This document shows positions 10,320-21,072 of a DNA stretch of 61,836 nt, one piece after another. Position numbers and translations under genes: made by a program. Below the pieces are notes generated by a model, which searched no databases, was not told the DNA's origin, and saw only the letters and a list, made by a program, of their open reading frames with translations. Numbering within the stretch: the stretch's first letter is position 1; the number at the start of each line of letters is the position of its first letter. The stretch is from Methanothrix sp. Lineage in GTDB: Archaea > Halobacteriota > Methanosarcinia > Methanotrichales > Methanotrichaceae. The DNA is taken from the NCBI GenBank assembly GCA_034679645.1, contig JAXDAR010000037.1, forward strand, positions 1 to 61,836. The letters are read 5' to 3'.

Positions 10320-11499
10320 TCACAATATCTGCTGGAACTCATCCAGCCTTCTCTGGGCCGAAGCCGTGAAGAGCGCTGCCTTCCCGATCCACGAGCCGGC
10401 AGGGGTGAGGAGCCGGCTGGCCATCGCTTCGCGAGCGGTGGAGAGGGAATCAAAGGCTCCGGCGGCGAGCTCATCGCCTTTCGGGCCACTTCCCGCACCA
10501 CCCACACCCCCAGCGGGGCCCAGTAATCCTCCGAGATCTCCCTTACCGCCAGAACTCCAGCCTGCCGCCCCCAGCGCTCGAGATGCTCCAGCACCGCCAG
10601 CCGGGCGGCATAGTATCCCCCGGCCAGAGGGCTGTAGTCCTTTTTGGGACGGGCATCCTCTCTATCCCGGCCAATGAATCCCTCCTCCGCCCAAAGAGAG
10701 TGGGGCCGCCAGATCTCAATCAGCTCGAAACTGAAAGGCCGGGGAGAAAGAAGGATCTCGAAGTGGTTGGCCAGCTCCTCCCCAGAGAAGAGATAATAAT
10801 CGTTGACCCGAGGAAGATCAAGAACATCATCCTTCAGATTCCTGCCGATCATGTCATCGGTTGCGTTATGGACCAGCGGGTGGGCACGAGCCGTCTCTTC
10901 TTGCCCAAAAGGCCGATGGAGAGGAGGCGGGAGAGGTGATCGACGCCTATGCCCGCGGAGTAAAGCTCGGCTGCTGCCACACTGGCCGGCGCGCCCCGGT
11001 CTAAAACGATCTGGTCCACCTTGCAGGGGATGAGGGGATTGGTGGTGATCTCCATTCGATCCAGCTCACCCGAGGGACCGGTAGGGGAGAGAACGCCATC
11101 GAACTTGAGACCTGCCCGCGGTGGTTTGATGAAGGAGACCTCCGTTCCCACCGGTGCAGAGGACATGGCGATCTGCTGGCAGTCCTCCAGAAGCCTTCCC
11201 GGCGAGCCCGCCTCCATCACCCTGATCTTGGCCTCGGAACGGACCATTCCCAAGCGGGCGGAGATGATCCCGTCCATGTTCATCCCCAGATGATGAAGCT
11301 TTTCGGCCCCGTCGGAGGGGAGGACGGGCCCCGCTCTGACCAGAGGATAGCCGGACCTGCCCACGAAGACCTCAGGCGGGGTGAATCCCTCCATACAACT
11401 GCCGATCCTGGGAAGGGATACCAGCTCCTCCAGGCGGCGAACTATCGGGCAGACCGGCAGGCCGCACTCTCCCCGGCCTTTGCAGGTGATACAGCTCAT
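10320..11499 (-). pseudogene. nreA: Nre-family DNA repair protein (DUF650/DUF651) with two 1-bp frameshifts
   Basis: N-terminal CxxCKG..CG...CP, RLVPTRWSIT, GGYYAARLAVLE, YWAPLGVWVVRE and C-terminal PIP box QRRLDEF are spread over three frames; shifts near 10864 and 10460. Confidence 0.85.
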
Positions 11500-11546
11500 G
11501 ATTCCTGGGCAAGGCCCTTATAGGATATATCAACTATCATTTTTCG

Positions 11547-11885
11547 ATGAACGAGAGGTTGATTCCGGCCGTAGCCCAAGACTGGCGGACAGGAGAGGTG
11601 CTGATGCTGGCCTATATGAACGACGAGGCTCTGGCCAGGACCCGCGAGACGGGCAGGGCTCATTACTGGTCCAGGTCGCGGAATAAGCTCTGGCTGAAGG
11701 GAGAGTCCTCGGGGCACTTTCAGCTCGTGCGGGAGATAAGGGTGGACTGTGATGAAGACGCCATACTGCTGCTGATCGAGCAGGAGGGCGGTGCCTGCCA
11801 TACCGGCTATAGATCCTGCTTTTATCGGACCATTGACGGCCAGGTGGTGGGGGAGAAGGTCTTCGATCCCCAGGATGTCTATTGA
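11547..11885 (+). CDS. hisI: Phosphoribosyl-AMP cyclohydrolase
   Basis: [20 protein letters not shown] and [10 protein letters not shown] motifs. Confidence 0.97.
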   Translation: MNERLIPAVAQDWRTGEVLMLAYMNDEALARTRETGRAHYWSRSRNKLWLKGESSGHFQLVREIRVDCDEDAILLLIEQEGGACHTGYRSCFYRTIDGQVVGEKVFDPQDVY

Positions 11886-13033
11886 GGTATGGGATGAGTC
11901 CACCCGAAATCCAAAAAAACAAATGCAATTTGGTCCCCTGCAGGGAGAGGTCATATCCCCTCTATCGCAGCCCTCTGGTCCGGGCGGAGGCCAGGCTGGT
12001 GGGGGAGCGGGTGAAAATCAAGGTTGGTGGACCGCTGGCCTTTTTGCCGGCCATCAGTTCCAGCATGGAGCTGTTCGATGGGCAGCTAGCGGTGCGGGCA
12101 GAAGATGAGCAGCTATCCCTCTCCACCTGGATTCCTCCTCTGCCCAGCCTGGCCTTCGACCGGCTGGCGGAAAGCCGCATCCGATCGCTCTTCGGTCTGC
12201 GCACCCCGGACCAGGTGACGATCTCCATCACTGAGGAGTGCCCCAACCGCTGCTCCCACTGCGCTCTGCCCAACTCAGGAAACCGCCTGCGCCTCGATCC
12301 CGACGTCGTACGAGACCTCATCGGCCAGGTCCTGGATATAGGAACCACCCTGGTGATATTCGATGGTGGGGAGCCGACCCTCTACCGGGAGCTGCCGGAA
12401 CTGGTGAGCTATGTGGATGATAGGGCCATATCCACCCTTTTCACCTCCGGAGCGGGATTCACCTCCACTCTGGCCAGGCAGCTCAAAGAGGCGGGCTTGT
12501 ATGCGGTCAACGTCAGCCTGGACAGCCCTCTGGAAGAGGAGCACGATGCCATGCGGGGAAGGGAGGGTGTATTCTCCGAGGCGATGCAGGCAGTGGAAAA
12601 TGCCCTTTTGGCGGGCCTGTTGGTGGACATCTACGTCGTGGTTCGCCATGAGAACCTCCCTCACCGGCAGAGGTTTCATCAGCTGGCCCGGAATATAGGG
12701 GCGCACGAACTGACCTTCTTCGAGGTGGTATCCACCGGCCGCTGGTCCGATCGCGAGGGGCTGGCCCTGACCGCTGCCGAGCATGCCCGCCTGGCGGAAT
12801 TCGTCTCCGCCAGTGGAGCACCCAGGATCTTCTCCGTTCCCGACGCCTACCGCCGCTTTGGCTGCTTTGCTGCCAGAAGCTGGATGCATGTCACCCCCGC
12901 AGGAGAGGTCTATCCCTGCTCCTGCTATCCCCAGTCCTGGGGCAACATATTGAATGAACCAGTGAAGAAAATCTGGCAGCGCATGGGACGATTTCCTCAT
13001 AAAGGGGAGAAAATATGCCCTATGAGGAAATAA
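11882..13033 (+). CDS. Radical SAM protein with SPASM/twitch-like C-terminus
   Basis: [12 protein letters not shown] and C...GEVYPC motifs. Confidence 0.9.
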   Translation: MRYGMSPPEIQKNKCNLVPCRERSYPLYRSPLVRAEARLVGERVKIKVGGPLAFLPAISSSMELFDGQLAVRAEDEQLSLSTWIPPLPSLAFDRLAESRIRSLFGLRTPDQVTISITEECPNRCSHCALPNSGNRLRLDPDVVRDLIGQVLDIGTTLVIFDGGEPTLYRELPELVSYVDDRAISTLFTSGAGFTSTLARQLKEAGLYAVNVSLDSPLEEEHDAMRGREGVFSEAMQAVENALLAGLLVDIYVVVRHENLPHRQRFHQLARNIGAHELTFFEVVSTGRWSDREGLALTAAEHARLAEFVSASGAPRIFSVPDAYRRFGCFAARSWMHVTPAGEVYPCSCYPQSWGNILNEPVKKIWQRMGRFPHKGEKICPMRK

Positions 13034-13161
13034 AGGGATTTTTTTCTGTTTATCGGGATTTCATACGCCCCAAGAAAGGTTGTAAGCAGTGGTTTAATTA
13101 AACGAAATTTTTATAGAGCCCTGCAAATCAATAGATCTATATAGGACATTAATCGTGAACA

Positions 13162-14043
13162 ATGTTTGATCTAACCATGGATTTGACACCTGTTCAACGA
13201 GATATACTAACCGCATTGATCAACATCTATCGTGTTGAAGGAAGAGCAGTTAAGGGCGAGGAGATCGCCGAGCTGATAGACCGCAATCCGGGAACCATCA
13301 GAAACCAGATGCAATCCCTGAAAGCCCTCAATTTGGTGGAGGGAGTGCCCGGACCCAAGGGGGGCTACAGGGCCACAGGAGCGGCCTATGAGGCGCTGAA
13401 TGTCGAGGCCACGGGCGATGTCGTGACCGTACCCGTTCTCAGGAATGGCGTTCTCATGGAGGGAACCACCGCCAGCGAGATCATATTCAACAAGGTGATG
13501 CACACTCAGCTCTGCGATGGGGTGATCCACATCATCGGCAATATCAGAGACTTCAATGTGGGTGATGAGGTGGAGGTAGGACCGACACCGGTGAACAAGC
13601 TCTACCTCCGGGGCACCGTACGGGGCAGGGATGACACCATGAGCCGGCTGATCATCCACGTGGATGCGATGATATCCGTGCCCAAGATAGCCATCAAGAA
13701 GGTCGCCCGTCGCGCAGTGCGCATCCCCCCAGGCGCTTCCATGCAGGAGGCGGCGCGCATTCTGGTGCACAATGGGGTTCAGGAAGCTCTAGTCGAGGAT
13801 AGCTCCCCGGGAATGGTCAACCAGACGGATATCGTCCGGGCGATAGCGGATGGAAAGGCGGACCAGGAGGCGAGGGAGTTCATGAGCAGGGGATTTTTAA
13901 CCATCGACTCCGAGGAGACCATATACGAGGCGATCAAGATGCTGGGCAAAACCGGTACCGGCCAGCTGGTGGTCTCGGAGGACGGCACCCTCTGGGGATT
14001 CGTCTCTCCTGCCGACCTGATAAAGACCCTCACCCCCGCCTGA
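13162..14043 (+). CDS. Winged-HTH plus CBS-domain transcriptional regulator
   Basis: N-terminal HTH (VKGEEIAELIDRNPGTIRNQMQSLKAL..VEGVPGPKGGY) and C-terminal CBS pair. Confidence 0.9.
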   Translation: MFDLTMDLTPVQRDILTALINIYRVEGRAVKGEEIAELIDRNPGTIRNQMQSLKALNLVEGVPGPKGGYRATGAAYEALNVEATGDVVTVPVLRNGVLMEGTTASEIIFNKVMHTQLCDGVIHIIGNIRDFNVGDEVEVGPTPVNKLYLRGTVRGRDDTMSRLIIHVDAMISVPKIAIKKVARRAVRIPPGASMQEAARILVHNGVQEALVEDSSPGMVNQTDIVRAIADGKADQEAREFMSRGFLTIDSEETIYEAIKMLGKTGTGQLVVSEDGTLWGFVSPADLIKTLTPA

Positions 14044-14704
14044 TCTCAGTGCCGGTGTGCCCTCCCAGGGCACCTTTTTTCAGATTTTCGATATTGCTGC
14101 CCAGGACGATGGAGGTGGAAATCGAGCTTCGTTCGATGATCTTGGCCGCCAGGGGGTCGACGGGGGAGCGGGAGCCGGCCTTCATCTCCGTTTGGGCGGC
14201 CATTCTTGAAAGCTCGCCATGGGTCATGCTGGCGATCTTCTCCGCCTTGGGATCTTTTTCCGGATCGGCAGTGTAGACCCCATCCACGGAGGTGGCGACG
14301 ATCAGCCTGTCGGCCTTCACATACTCTGCCAGTAGGGCAGCAACGGCGTCTGTGGTCTGGCCGGGGGCCACCCCGCCCATGACCACCACCCGACCCGGGC
14401 AGGCCAGGCGGGCGGCCAAGGCATAGGAGTCGGGGATCTCCTGCGGAGCAGCCTGTCCCAGGGCAGCCACGAGCAGGGAGGAGTTGAGCTTTGTCGCCCC
14501 GATGCCTATCAGATCGCAGAACATCTCGCTGGCCCCAAGGGCGCGGGCTTTTTCGATGTACTCGCGGGCGATCCTGCCTCCACCGACGATGACGTAGATC
14601 TGGTGCTCGGCTGCCAAATGGCGAAGGGCATCGGCATACTCCTGCAGGCTTTTCGCATCGCGACCGGCGAGGATGGAGCCTCCCAGGGAATAGACAAGTA
14701 TCAT
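14030..14704 (-). CDS. pyrH: UMP kinase
   Basis: SLGGS, VGGGRIAR, PGQTTDAVA and DGVYTADP motifs. Confidence 0.95.
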   Translation of the reverse strand: MILVYSLGGSILAGRDAKSLQEYADALRHLAAEHQIYVIVGGGRIAREYIEKARALGASEMFCDLIGIGATKLNSSLLVAALGQAAPQEIPDSYALAARLACPGRVVVMGGVAPGQTTDAVAALLAEYVKADRLIVATSVDGVYTADPEKDPKAEKIASMTHGELSRMAAQTEMKAGSRSPVDPLAAKIIERSSISTSIVLGSNIENLKKGALGGHTGTEIRRG

Positions 14705-14820
14705 GAAGAAGGCCTAGCGGCGGGAGGGGATGAAAAGGTTGTCGGTTTATTTGCAGGCCGGCTGGCCTGGCTAGCCTGCAATAATCCATCTTATCTTTTT
14801 CTCACTTTTCATTTACATCT

Positions 14821-15100
14821 CCGCCAAAAAGGAAGTGATGGGATATTTCCAGCAAAGAGGAGAAGCATATCCATCCGAGATTGAGGAAGACCTGGAGCTT
14901 GACTATAAAATGATCTGCTAGATCGTGGAAGAGATGAAAAGAGAGGGACGGCGGGAGGTGCTCTGATAGAAAGCTCTGATGGAAGGCTCTGATGGAAGGG
15001 CCATGATATGGGCGATTCCATCCATAGCTACCGAATCCTGGCTGAAGCCAGAAAGATCAGCGATCCGCAGGTCATAGCGAAAACGGGCAGACACAAGGCT
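14821..15100 (+). pseudogene. Decayed copy of the RHH / small-ORF pair at 31125-31636
   Basis: Translates AKKEVMGYFQQRGEAYPSEIEEDLELDYKMIC*IVEEMKREGRREVL, then GDSIHSYRILAEARKISDPQVIAKTGRHKA. TAG at 14919; N-terminus missing. Confidence 0.85.
14960..14998 (+). repeat. Three copies of a 13-bp tandem repeat (GCTCTGATRGAAR)
   Basis: gctctgatagaaa gctctgatggaag gctctgatggaag. Confidence 0.85.
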
Positions 15101-15133
15101 AAACTGCCTGCAAAAAAAAATAGTTCGAAGGCT

Positions 15134-15781
15134 CTACGCCTTCTTGTCCAGCGCTTTGACGACCTCGCCGAAGATGGCCTTGATGTCGCCCACTCCCAGC
15201 ACCGTGGCCACCAGGCCGCGCTTGTTGTAGTAGTCGATCAGGGGCTGGGTCTGGGCATGATAGGCAGACAGTCTCTGCTTGACCGTCTCCTCATTGTCGT
15301 CCGCCCTCTGGTAGAGGTCTGCTCCGCAGGCATCGCACTTTCCGGCCACCTTTGGCGGATTGAACTGAACATGATAGGTGGTGCCGCACTTGCACATCCG
15401 CCGTCCAGTGACCCTCTTGACCAGCTCCTCATCGGGAACATCGATATTTAAGACCACATTTATCTTCTGGCCTAGTGTGGGCAGGATCTTGTCCAGAGCC
15501 TCAGCCTGGGGCATGGTCCTGGGGAATCCGTCCAGCATCCATCCGCCCTTAACATCATCCTTGGCCAGGCGGTCCTTGATGATATCGATGAGCAGTGCAT
15601 CCGGAACCAGCTTTCCTGCATCCATGAACTTCTTGGCCTCAACTCCCAGAGGGGTGTTGCTGCGAACGTTCTCCCGCAGAATGTCGCCGGTGGAGACGTG
15701 AGTTACCTTGTACTTGTCGGCGATCATCTTGGCCTGTGTGCCCTTGCCGGATCCCGGCGGGCCGAGCAATATAATATTCAT
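15134..15781 (-). CDS. adk: Adenylate kinase (bacterial-type, Zn-lid)
   Basis: GPPGSGKGTQ, STGDILR and LDGFPRT motifs, Cys-containing lid. Confidence 0.97.
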   Translation of the reverse strand: MNIILLGPPGSGKGTQAKMIADKYKVTHVSTGDILRENVRSNTPLGVEAKKFMDAGKLVPDALLIDIIKDRLAKDDVKGGWMLDGFPRTMPQAEALDKILPTLGQKINVVLNIDVPDEELVKRVTGRRMCKCGTTYHVQFNPPKVAGKCDACGADLYQRADDNEETVKQRLSAYHAQTQPLIDYYNKRGLVATVLGVGDIKAIFGEVVKALDKKA

Positions 15782-15900
15782 CTATCCAATCCTCCTAATT
15801 CCCGTAACCTAGCAGCCAAATGCCGCTTTTCTAGCGGGGGAATGGTACTATCCCCGGCCTTAAAAAACCTTCTCCATTACCTCCATTGGAAGAGCCCTGG

Positions 15901-16515
15901 CTATAATGCTGCCGCCACCACAGTCATCACCAATCCGGAGAAGACCGGTATGGAAAAGTTATCATCAAGCCCCTTGCCATCGACGATGATGCATACGCCA
16001 TCTGCGACCGTAGCCGCTGCCGCCCCCGCCAGATAAACGGGAAAGGAGAGATAGGTGATGGCCGAGGCGAGGTAGCCGATCAAAAGGCAGCCGGAGAACA
16101 TGGCAGCCAATATCGGTAGGGGCTTGCAGCCCCACATCTCTTTCCTGCCCCGCACATCGGCGTTGGCCAGGACCGATCCGGCCAGACCGCTGATGGTGTC
16201 GCCCAGTGAGAGCAACAAGACTGCGTTCACCGCGATCATCTCCGGAAAGAAGATGACGCATATGAGGCAGCCGGTGATGTAGTAGATGAAGCTGGCCACC
16301 TTATGCTCCTCCTGCGCCCGCACCTCAGGAAGGCGGATTCTCCCCTTCAGCCTCTGCCACTCCAGGATCAGTGACACGGCCAGGGCAAGGGCCACAAAGC
16401 CAATGGTGAAGTCCCTGCCTAAGAGCAGAAGGGAGAGGGGGACGGAGAGGCCGGAGAGGTGAATGACCTTTCTCCTTATCTCCGAGATAAGCTTGCTCTG
16501 CCAGTCGGCGGCCAT
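15901..16515 (-). CDS. Dolichol/phytol kinase-like membrane protein
   Basis: EIRRKVIH, LGDTISGLAG and LDDNFSIP motifs. Start taken at MAADWQ. Confidence 0.8.
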   Translation of the reverse strand: MAADWQSKLISEIRRKVIHLSGLSVPLSLLLLGRDFTIGFVALALAVSLILEWQRLKGRIRLPEVRAQEEHKVASFIYYITGCLICVIFFPEMIAVNAVLLLSLGDTISGLAGSVLANADVRGRKEMWGCKPLPILAAMFSGCLLIGYLASAITYLSFPVYLAGAAAATVADGVCIIVDGKGLDDNFSIPVFSGLVMTVVAAAL

Positions 16516-16585
16516 ATCAGGCAGGGATAGGACCCCCCGAACCCTTCTTTCCCCAGATCGCCATTGTTGCTCGCAGCCTTTCCCC

Positions 16586-18331
16586 TCAGTCGCTCTTTGC
16601 CGAACGGACGGGATCACCAGCATCCTGGAATGAGAGGTCTCCATTGAGGAGAGCCTGCAATTTGTCCGCCACCTGCCAGCGAGCAACCCTCACCTGGCTC
16701 ATGCTGTCCCGGTCCCTGATGGTGACAGTACCCTCTTCAATGGTCTCATAGTCTACAGTGACCTCGTAAGGAGTGCCGACCTCATCGTTGCGCCGGTAGC
16801 GGCGGCCTATGGACCCGGAGGTGTCGTAATCCGTCCTCATGCCACGGGAGCGCAACTCCTCCAGGATCTTTTTTGCCGGGCCGGCGAGCTCGCTTCTGTC
16901 CATCAAAGGAAGCACCGCCACCTCGATCGGTGCCACCCGGGGCTTGAACCTGAGGACCGCTCTCTTCTCCCCATCGATCTCATCCTCATAGTAGGAGTGG
17001 TCGAGAATGGAATAGAGTATCCGGTCGATGCCAAAGGAGGGCTCAATCACATGGGGAACGACCTCCTCTCCCCGCACCTCCTCCTCCACCTCCTCAAAGG
17101 AGACTAAAGCCCGGTCGATATCGATCATCTCTCCGTCCACAGAGACAGAGATCAGATCCCCGGTCAGCTCCCGGGGGTTGAGGGCGCGCAGGGCCTCGGC
17201 CACCGCTTTGGCCTTTCCCTTGAACATCGGCCCCAGGGCCTTGAAATCGGGCTTGACCACCATCTTCTGCCTCTTTATGGGTTGGTCGTAATTGACAAAG
17301 ACGGAGAGGTTCACCTTGCTGACGGCGGTATGGGCTTTGAGGTCATAGTCTGTCCTGTCCGCCACCCCCACCAGCTCGATCCAGCCCAGACGGTCGAGCA
17401 GGACCTCTGCATCCCAGCAGTCGGCAGCATAATGGGCCATCTCGTCGGACTTATGCTGGCGGAAGCGCAGCCTCTGCGGATCTATGCCCACCGCCAGCAG
17501 GTACTGATAGGTCCGGGCCACATAATAGGCCAGGGTCTGGTGGGCGACGATCCCCTTTTCCACTGCCTGGCCAAAGCTCATCTCCTCCTCTTCTCCCTTC
17601 TCCTGCGCCTCCTGGGAGTAGAACTTCATCCTGATATCTCTCACCTCTGAAAAGCGGGGATGGCTCTTATCACGGGGGTCGATGAAGATCTCCGCCTCGG
17701 CCTGGGTGAACTCCCTTAACCTGATCACTCCCTGGCGGGGAGAGATCTCATTTCGATAGGACTTGCCGATCTGCACGGCCGCAAAGGGCAGAGCCCCCCG
17801 GAAGTAGCGCAGGAGGCGGGGGAAGTTGATGAACATCCCCTGAGCAGTCTCCGGCCTCATGTAGCCGGTCATCTTGTTTCCCGGGCCGATCATGGTCTTG
17901 AACATGAGATTGAACTCATAGACCTCAGAGAGCTCTCCGCCGCACTCCGGGCAGGTGATCTCGTTCTCCTGCATGCAGCGGTAGATCTCCTCATTGCTCA
18001 GGGCATCAGGAACCTCTATGATATGCTTGATCAGGTGATCCGCCCGGTAGACCTCCTTGCACTCTTTACAGCCGGTGAGGGGATCAGAAAAGCCGCTAAG
18101 ATGTCCTGAAGCCTGAAAGATCCCCTCCACCCCGATGGTTGGAGCCTCGATCTCTGCGAAACCTTCTGCAATGACGAAATACTGCCGCCAGATATCTTCT
18201 ATTCGCCTCTTGAGGGGTGCTCCCAGAGGGCCGTAATCATAAAATCCCGCTGCTCCGCCGTAGAGCTCGAAAGCGGGCCAGAGAAAGCCCCGCCGGCGGG
18301 CAAGCTCATTTACCAACTCATTCCTGTCCAT
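16586..18331 (-). CDS. glyS: Glycine-tRNA ligase
   Basis: RPETAQG, RNEISPRQG..RLREFTQAE and VIEPSFGIDR motifs. Confidence 0.97.
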   Translation of the reverse strand: MDRNELVNELARRRGFLWPAFELYGGAAGFYDYGPLGAPLKRRIEDIWRQYFVIAEGFAEIEAPTIGVEGIFQASGHLSGFSDPLTGCKECKEVYRADHLIKHIIEVPDALSNEEIYRCMQENEITCPECGGELSEVYEFNLMFKTMIGPGNKMTGYMRPETAQGMFINFPRLLRYFRGALPFAAVQIGKSYRNEISPRQGVIRLREFTQAEAEIFIDPRDKSHPRFSEVRDIRMKFYSQEAQEKGEEEEMSFGQAVEKGIVAHQTLAYYVARTYQYLLAVGIDPQRLRFRQHKSDEMAHYAADCWDAEVLLDRLGWIELVGVADRTDYDLKAHTAVSKVNLSVFVNYDQPIKRQKMVVKPDFKALGPMFKGKAKAVAEALRALNPRELTGDLISVSVDGEMIDIDRALVSFEEVEEEVRGEEVVPHVIEPSFGIDRILYSILDHSYYEDEIDGEKRAVLRFKPRVAPIEVAVLPLMDRSELAGPAKKILEELRSRGMRTDYDTSGSIGRRYRRNDEVGTPYEVTVDYETIEEGTVTIRDRDSMSQVRVARWQVADKLQALLNGDLSFQDAGDPVRSAKSD

Positions 18332-18449
18332 TTCCCAATCCTCGGTATGGCTCCAGAGTATCGGAGGTGATTTAATCTTTGTTATGAAAAAAGAGAGGAG
18401 ACTGCAGATCTCAGGAGGGCAGATCTCCGTTTCGACCTGCGGGACTATC

Positions 18450-18632
18450 TCAGCAGGCGGCAGAGAACGCCAGGAGCATAACGAAGGCAGCCATAACAGT
18501 GCACAACAGGATTACGTCTCCATATTTGCCCTGCATCACCCGCTCCAGGCTCTTAATTATGCCATTTTGGCCGTCATCACCCGCCATTACTCCCTGACCC
18601 CGTATCTCACTCATCTGCTGCATGTAATCCAC
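18450..18632 (-). CDS. Small hypothetical membrane protein
   Basis: 60-aa ORF with one C-terminal hydrophobic helix. Confidence 0.45.
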   Translation of the reverse strand: MDYMQQMSEIRGQGVMAGDDGQNGIIKSLERVMQGKYGDVILLCTVMAAFVMLLAFSAAC

Positions 18633-18994
18633 ATGGTACGGAATGATTTAAGTAGTTGTTTTTCACATTGGCTTTTTATTAGATCATTGTTCTCGTATTT
18701 TAAATCATATGAGTTTCATGTAGCCGTTATCTAGGTAGAATATGTAAAGAAAATCCGAAAATTTTACATCGATCGGACGATATACTGTAACTTATATCGG
18801 TGTCGGCGACACGGGCATTGCTTCATACTGGATTGCTCTCTGAGCTATGCATCATATCTGGCCGGACCTGAGGCAAACCGCTCATCAACCTATTCCCTCA
18901 CCAATTATGAACCTGACCAAAAAAAAACTGCCAGGGACGAGACCATGGCGTCCCGCCCTGAGTATTCCAATCTTCCAACACCATTCAGGTCCGC

Positions 18995-19591
18995 CTATTC
19001 GATCTTCACGTCCTTTCCTTTTCTCTTCTCTTTCTTGTCCAGCTCCAGGGTCAATATGCCGTTCTTGTAGGAGGCTTTGGCGCTGTCCGGATCAACAGCT
19101 GAGTCCAGATATATCATCTTGTAGAACTTCTTCTCGTCATCAGTTCTTATCTCCACGCTGTCCTCTGCCACATCCAGCTTCACCTTTTCCTTTTCCACTC
19201 CGGGAAGCTCCACGAATATCCTGAACTTCTCCTGCTCGCCCATGACATCGACCAACGGCTCTCTACCCTGGCTGGGCTCAATTCCCCGGCTGGAAGGCCG
19301 GATATTACCGAATTCCTGGAATACGGGCTCCTTTCCCGGCTCTGCAGTATAGCTGAAGCCATAAACGAAAGGCCCATAGCGTCGGGATACGCCTGTGGGT
19401 GTATTCTCCTCGCGAACCAGGTCTTTGAACTCCGGGGGCATGGATTCCTCAAACCTCTGGATCATGCTCTCAAAGGGCTCTCTGAACCAATCATCCTCGA
19501 ACCTATCCTTCCTCTCAAATGGGAAGCCCTTTGTGAAGCTCTCAAATATGTCGAATATGGATGGATATCTCTTGTCCCACATTTCTATCAC
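18995..19591 (-). CDS. hsp20: Archaeal small heat-shock protein Hsp20
   Basis: GPFVYGFS, EFGN, REPLVDV, ELPGVEK and ASYKNGIL motifs. Confidence 0.95.
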   Translation of the reverse strand: MIEMWDKRYPSIFDIFESFTKGFPFERKDRFEDDWFREPFESMIQRFEESMPPEFKDLVREENTPTGVSRRYGPFVYGFSYTAEPGKEPVFQEFGNIRPSSRGIEPSQGREPLVDVMGEQEKFRIFVELPGVEKEKVKLDVAEDSVEIRTDDEKKFYKMIYLDSAVDPDSAKASYKNGILTLELDKKEKRKGKDVKIE

Positions 19592-20469
19592 ACCTCACAA
19601 TTACCTTTGCATACTAACCGTAGGATAGTGATAGGATATAAATTTTTTGCCTCCGGTAAGGGAGAAAAGGGTGAATGTGCCGGTTTTTGGCAGGAGAATT
19701 GAGTTAGCAGGTGAGATAGAGGCAGGATGAACGCCAGGCCACAGCGTTCCGGAAGGAAACAGAGCTGCAACGAATGCACTCGTCTCATCCCGCCCTCAGC
19801 CAAATGCGCGGAAGAAGCCGGACAGCACTGGATTCTTGCACAGCGCCCTTTTTACAGGGACCCGGTCACCGGCGGTGGAGGGCCTCTCATGGCTTATTCC
19901 CTGCGCATTACCTGCTCCGCGAGCCTCATTTGCGGACTATGGCGACCGAACATCATATATTCCGCCCAACGGCGTTTTCGCCAACTGCCGAAAACCTGCA
20001 CCAGTATCCGTGCGGCGCTATCCGGCCCTGCTGATTGATCCCGCTATTTGATGGAGGATGAATTCGATCATCCATTGCCAGGATGATTGGCCTTTAGAGC
20101 TTAATCGGCGTATTAGTCCGCTATTATTCGATACATCACGCGGCAAAATACTTGTTTATCTCTTATAGATATATCAACTTTTCGGGACAGAATATGACTG
20201 ACTATGAGGCGCAATCTGACGATTTACATATATGTCCGAGTGATTTTTTATGCTAAGTTGTGTGGACATGCGTTTGTAAGGTTAGCAAAATCAGTATGTG
20301 CAACAGTATCTGAGTTGCTCCTTCATTTCTCTGAAAGCTCCCAGGAGGCAGGAGAAGATAACAACCTTCAAGAGGAAGAAGTGCCTTGTTAACATTAGCC
20401 ATTTGGCAGCAAATTGAATTGAAAGTTGTATCGAATAAAGATAAGGCCAAAGCAAGAGCATGCTAGGAT

Positions 20470-20805
20470 GTGAGATCAATGAGAGATGGCTTAGTTCAGT
20501 TCGAGGCCGAGGTCCAGAGCCTGAATCAGATCCGATCCAGAGTGATCTGCGCGGAATCCGATGGCCCCTGGATCGAGGGAAGGATGGAGGACCTTATGGT
20601 TCACTTCACCTATGCCAGTTGGACGGCATATAACCTTGGCTATGCTTTATCCATGGTCCTCTCCAGCAAAGAGGAAGACCTCGGAAGGAGAATCTCGGAG
20701 ATGATGACCAGGATGATCTCCTCGATGGGGGCGATTCAGCTGGCAGAGATCAGGCTCACCCCTGAGGCCATAAACGAGCTGAAGAGAGATCGCATTGAAC
20801 CCTGA
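20470..20805 (+). CDS. Hypothetical protein
   Basis: 111-aa ORF with genome-typical codon usage. Confidence 0.6.
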   Translation: MRSMRDGLVQFEAEVQSLNQIRSRVICAESDGPWIEGRMEDLMVHFTYASWTAYNLGYALSMVLSSKEEDLGRRISEMMTRMISSMGAIQLAEIRLTPEAINELKRDRIEP

Positions 20806-20905
20806 ATGTGTCTTTCCAGGCCGATCGATGAGCCCGGCCAAAAATGCTTCCGGATTCCTTTCTTATTTTATCCAGCCCATATGTAAGCAATTAGAATATT
20901 GAAAG

Positions 20906-20978
20906 TAGCCCGGCCAGGATTCGAACCTAGGTAAGGAGGTCCAGAGCCTCCTGTGATTGACCGCTACACTACCGGGCT
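20906..20978 (-). tRNA. tRNA-Gln(CTG)
   Basis: AGCCCGG/CCGGGCT acceptor stem, GGAGG-CTCTGGA-CCTCC anticodon arm and GTTCGAATC. Confidence 0.96.
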
Positions 20979-21072
20979 TCGCCACTAACCTTGCAACAGG
21001 TGGTTATTAACCTATCGATCCGCCATCCTTCAAGCCGGATGAGAGCAGTGAATGGCGGCTTCTTCTCGAGGG

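Noticed and set aside
14919-14921. In-frame TAG as a pyrrolysine codon
   Set aside because: The copy is also 5'-truncated and degenerate, and no pyl genes are present; a simple CAG-to-TAG mutation explains it.
19700-20050. RNase P RNA or SRP RNA
   Set aside because: I could not find the conserved GAGGAAAGUCC / AACAGAA..CGGCUUA elements or the SRP helix-8 motif.
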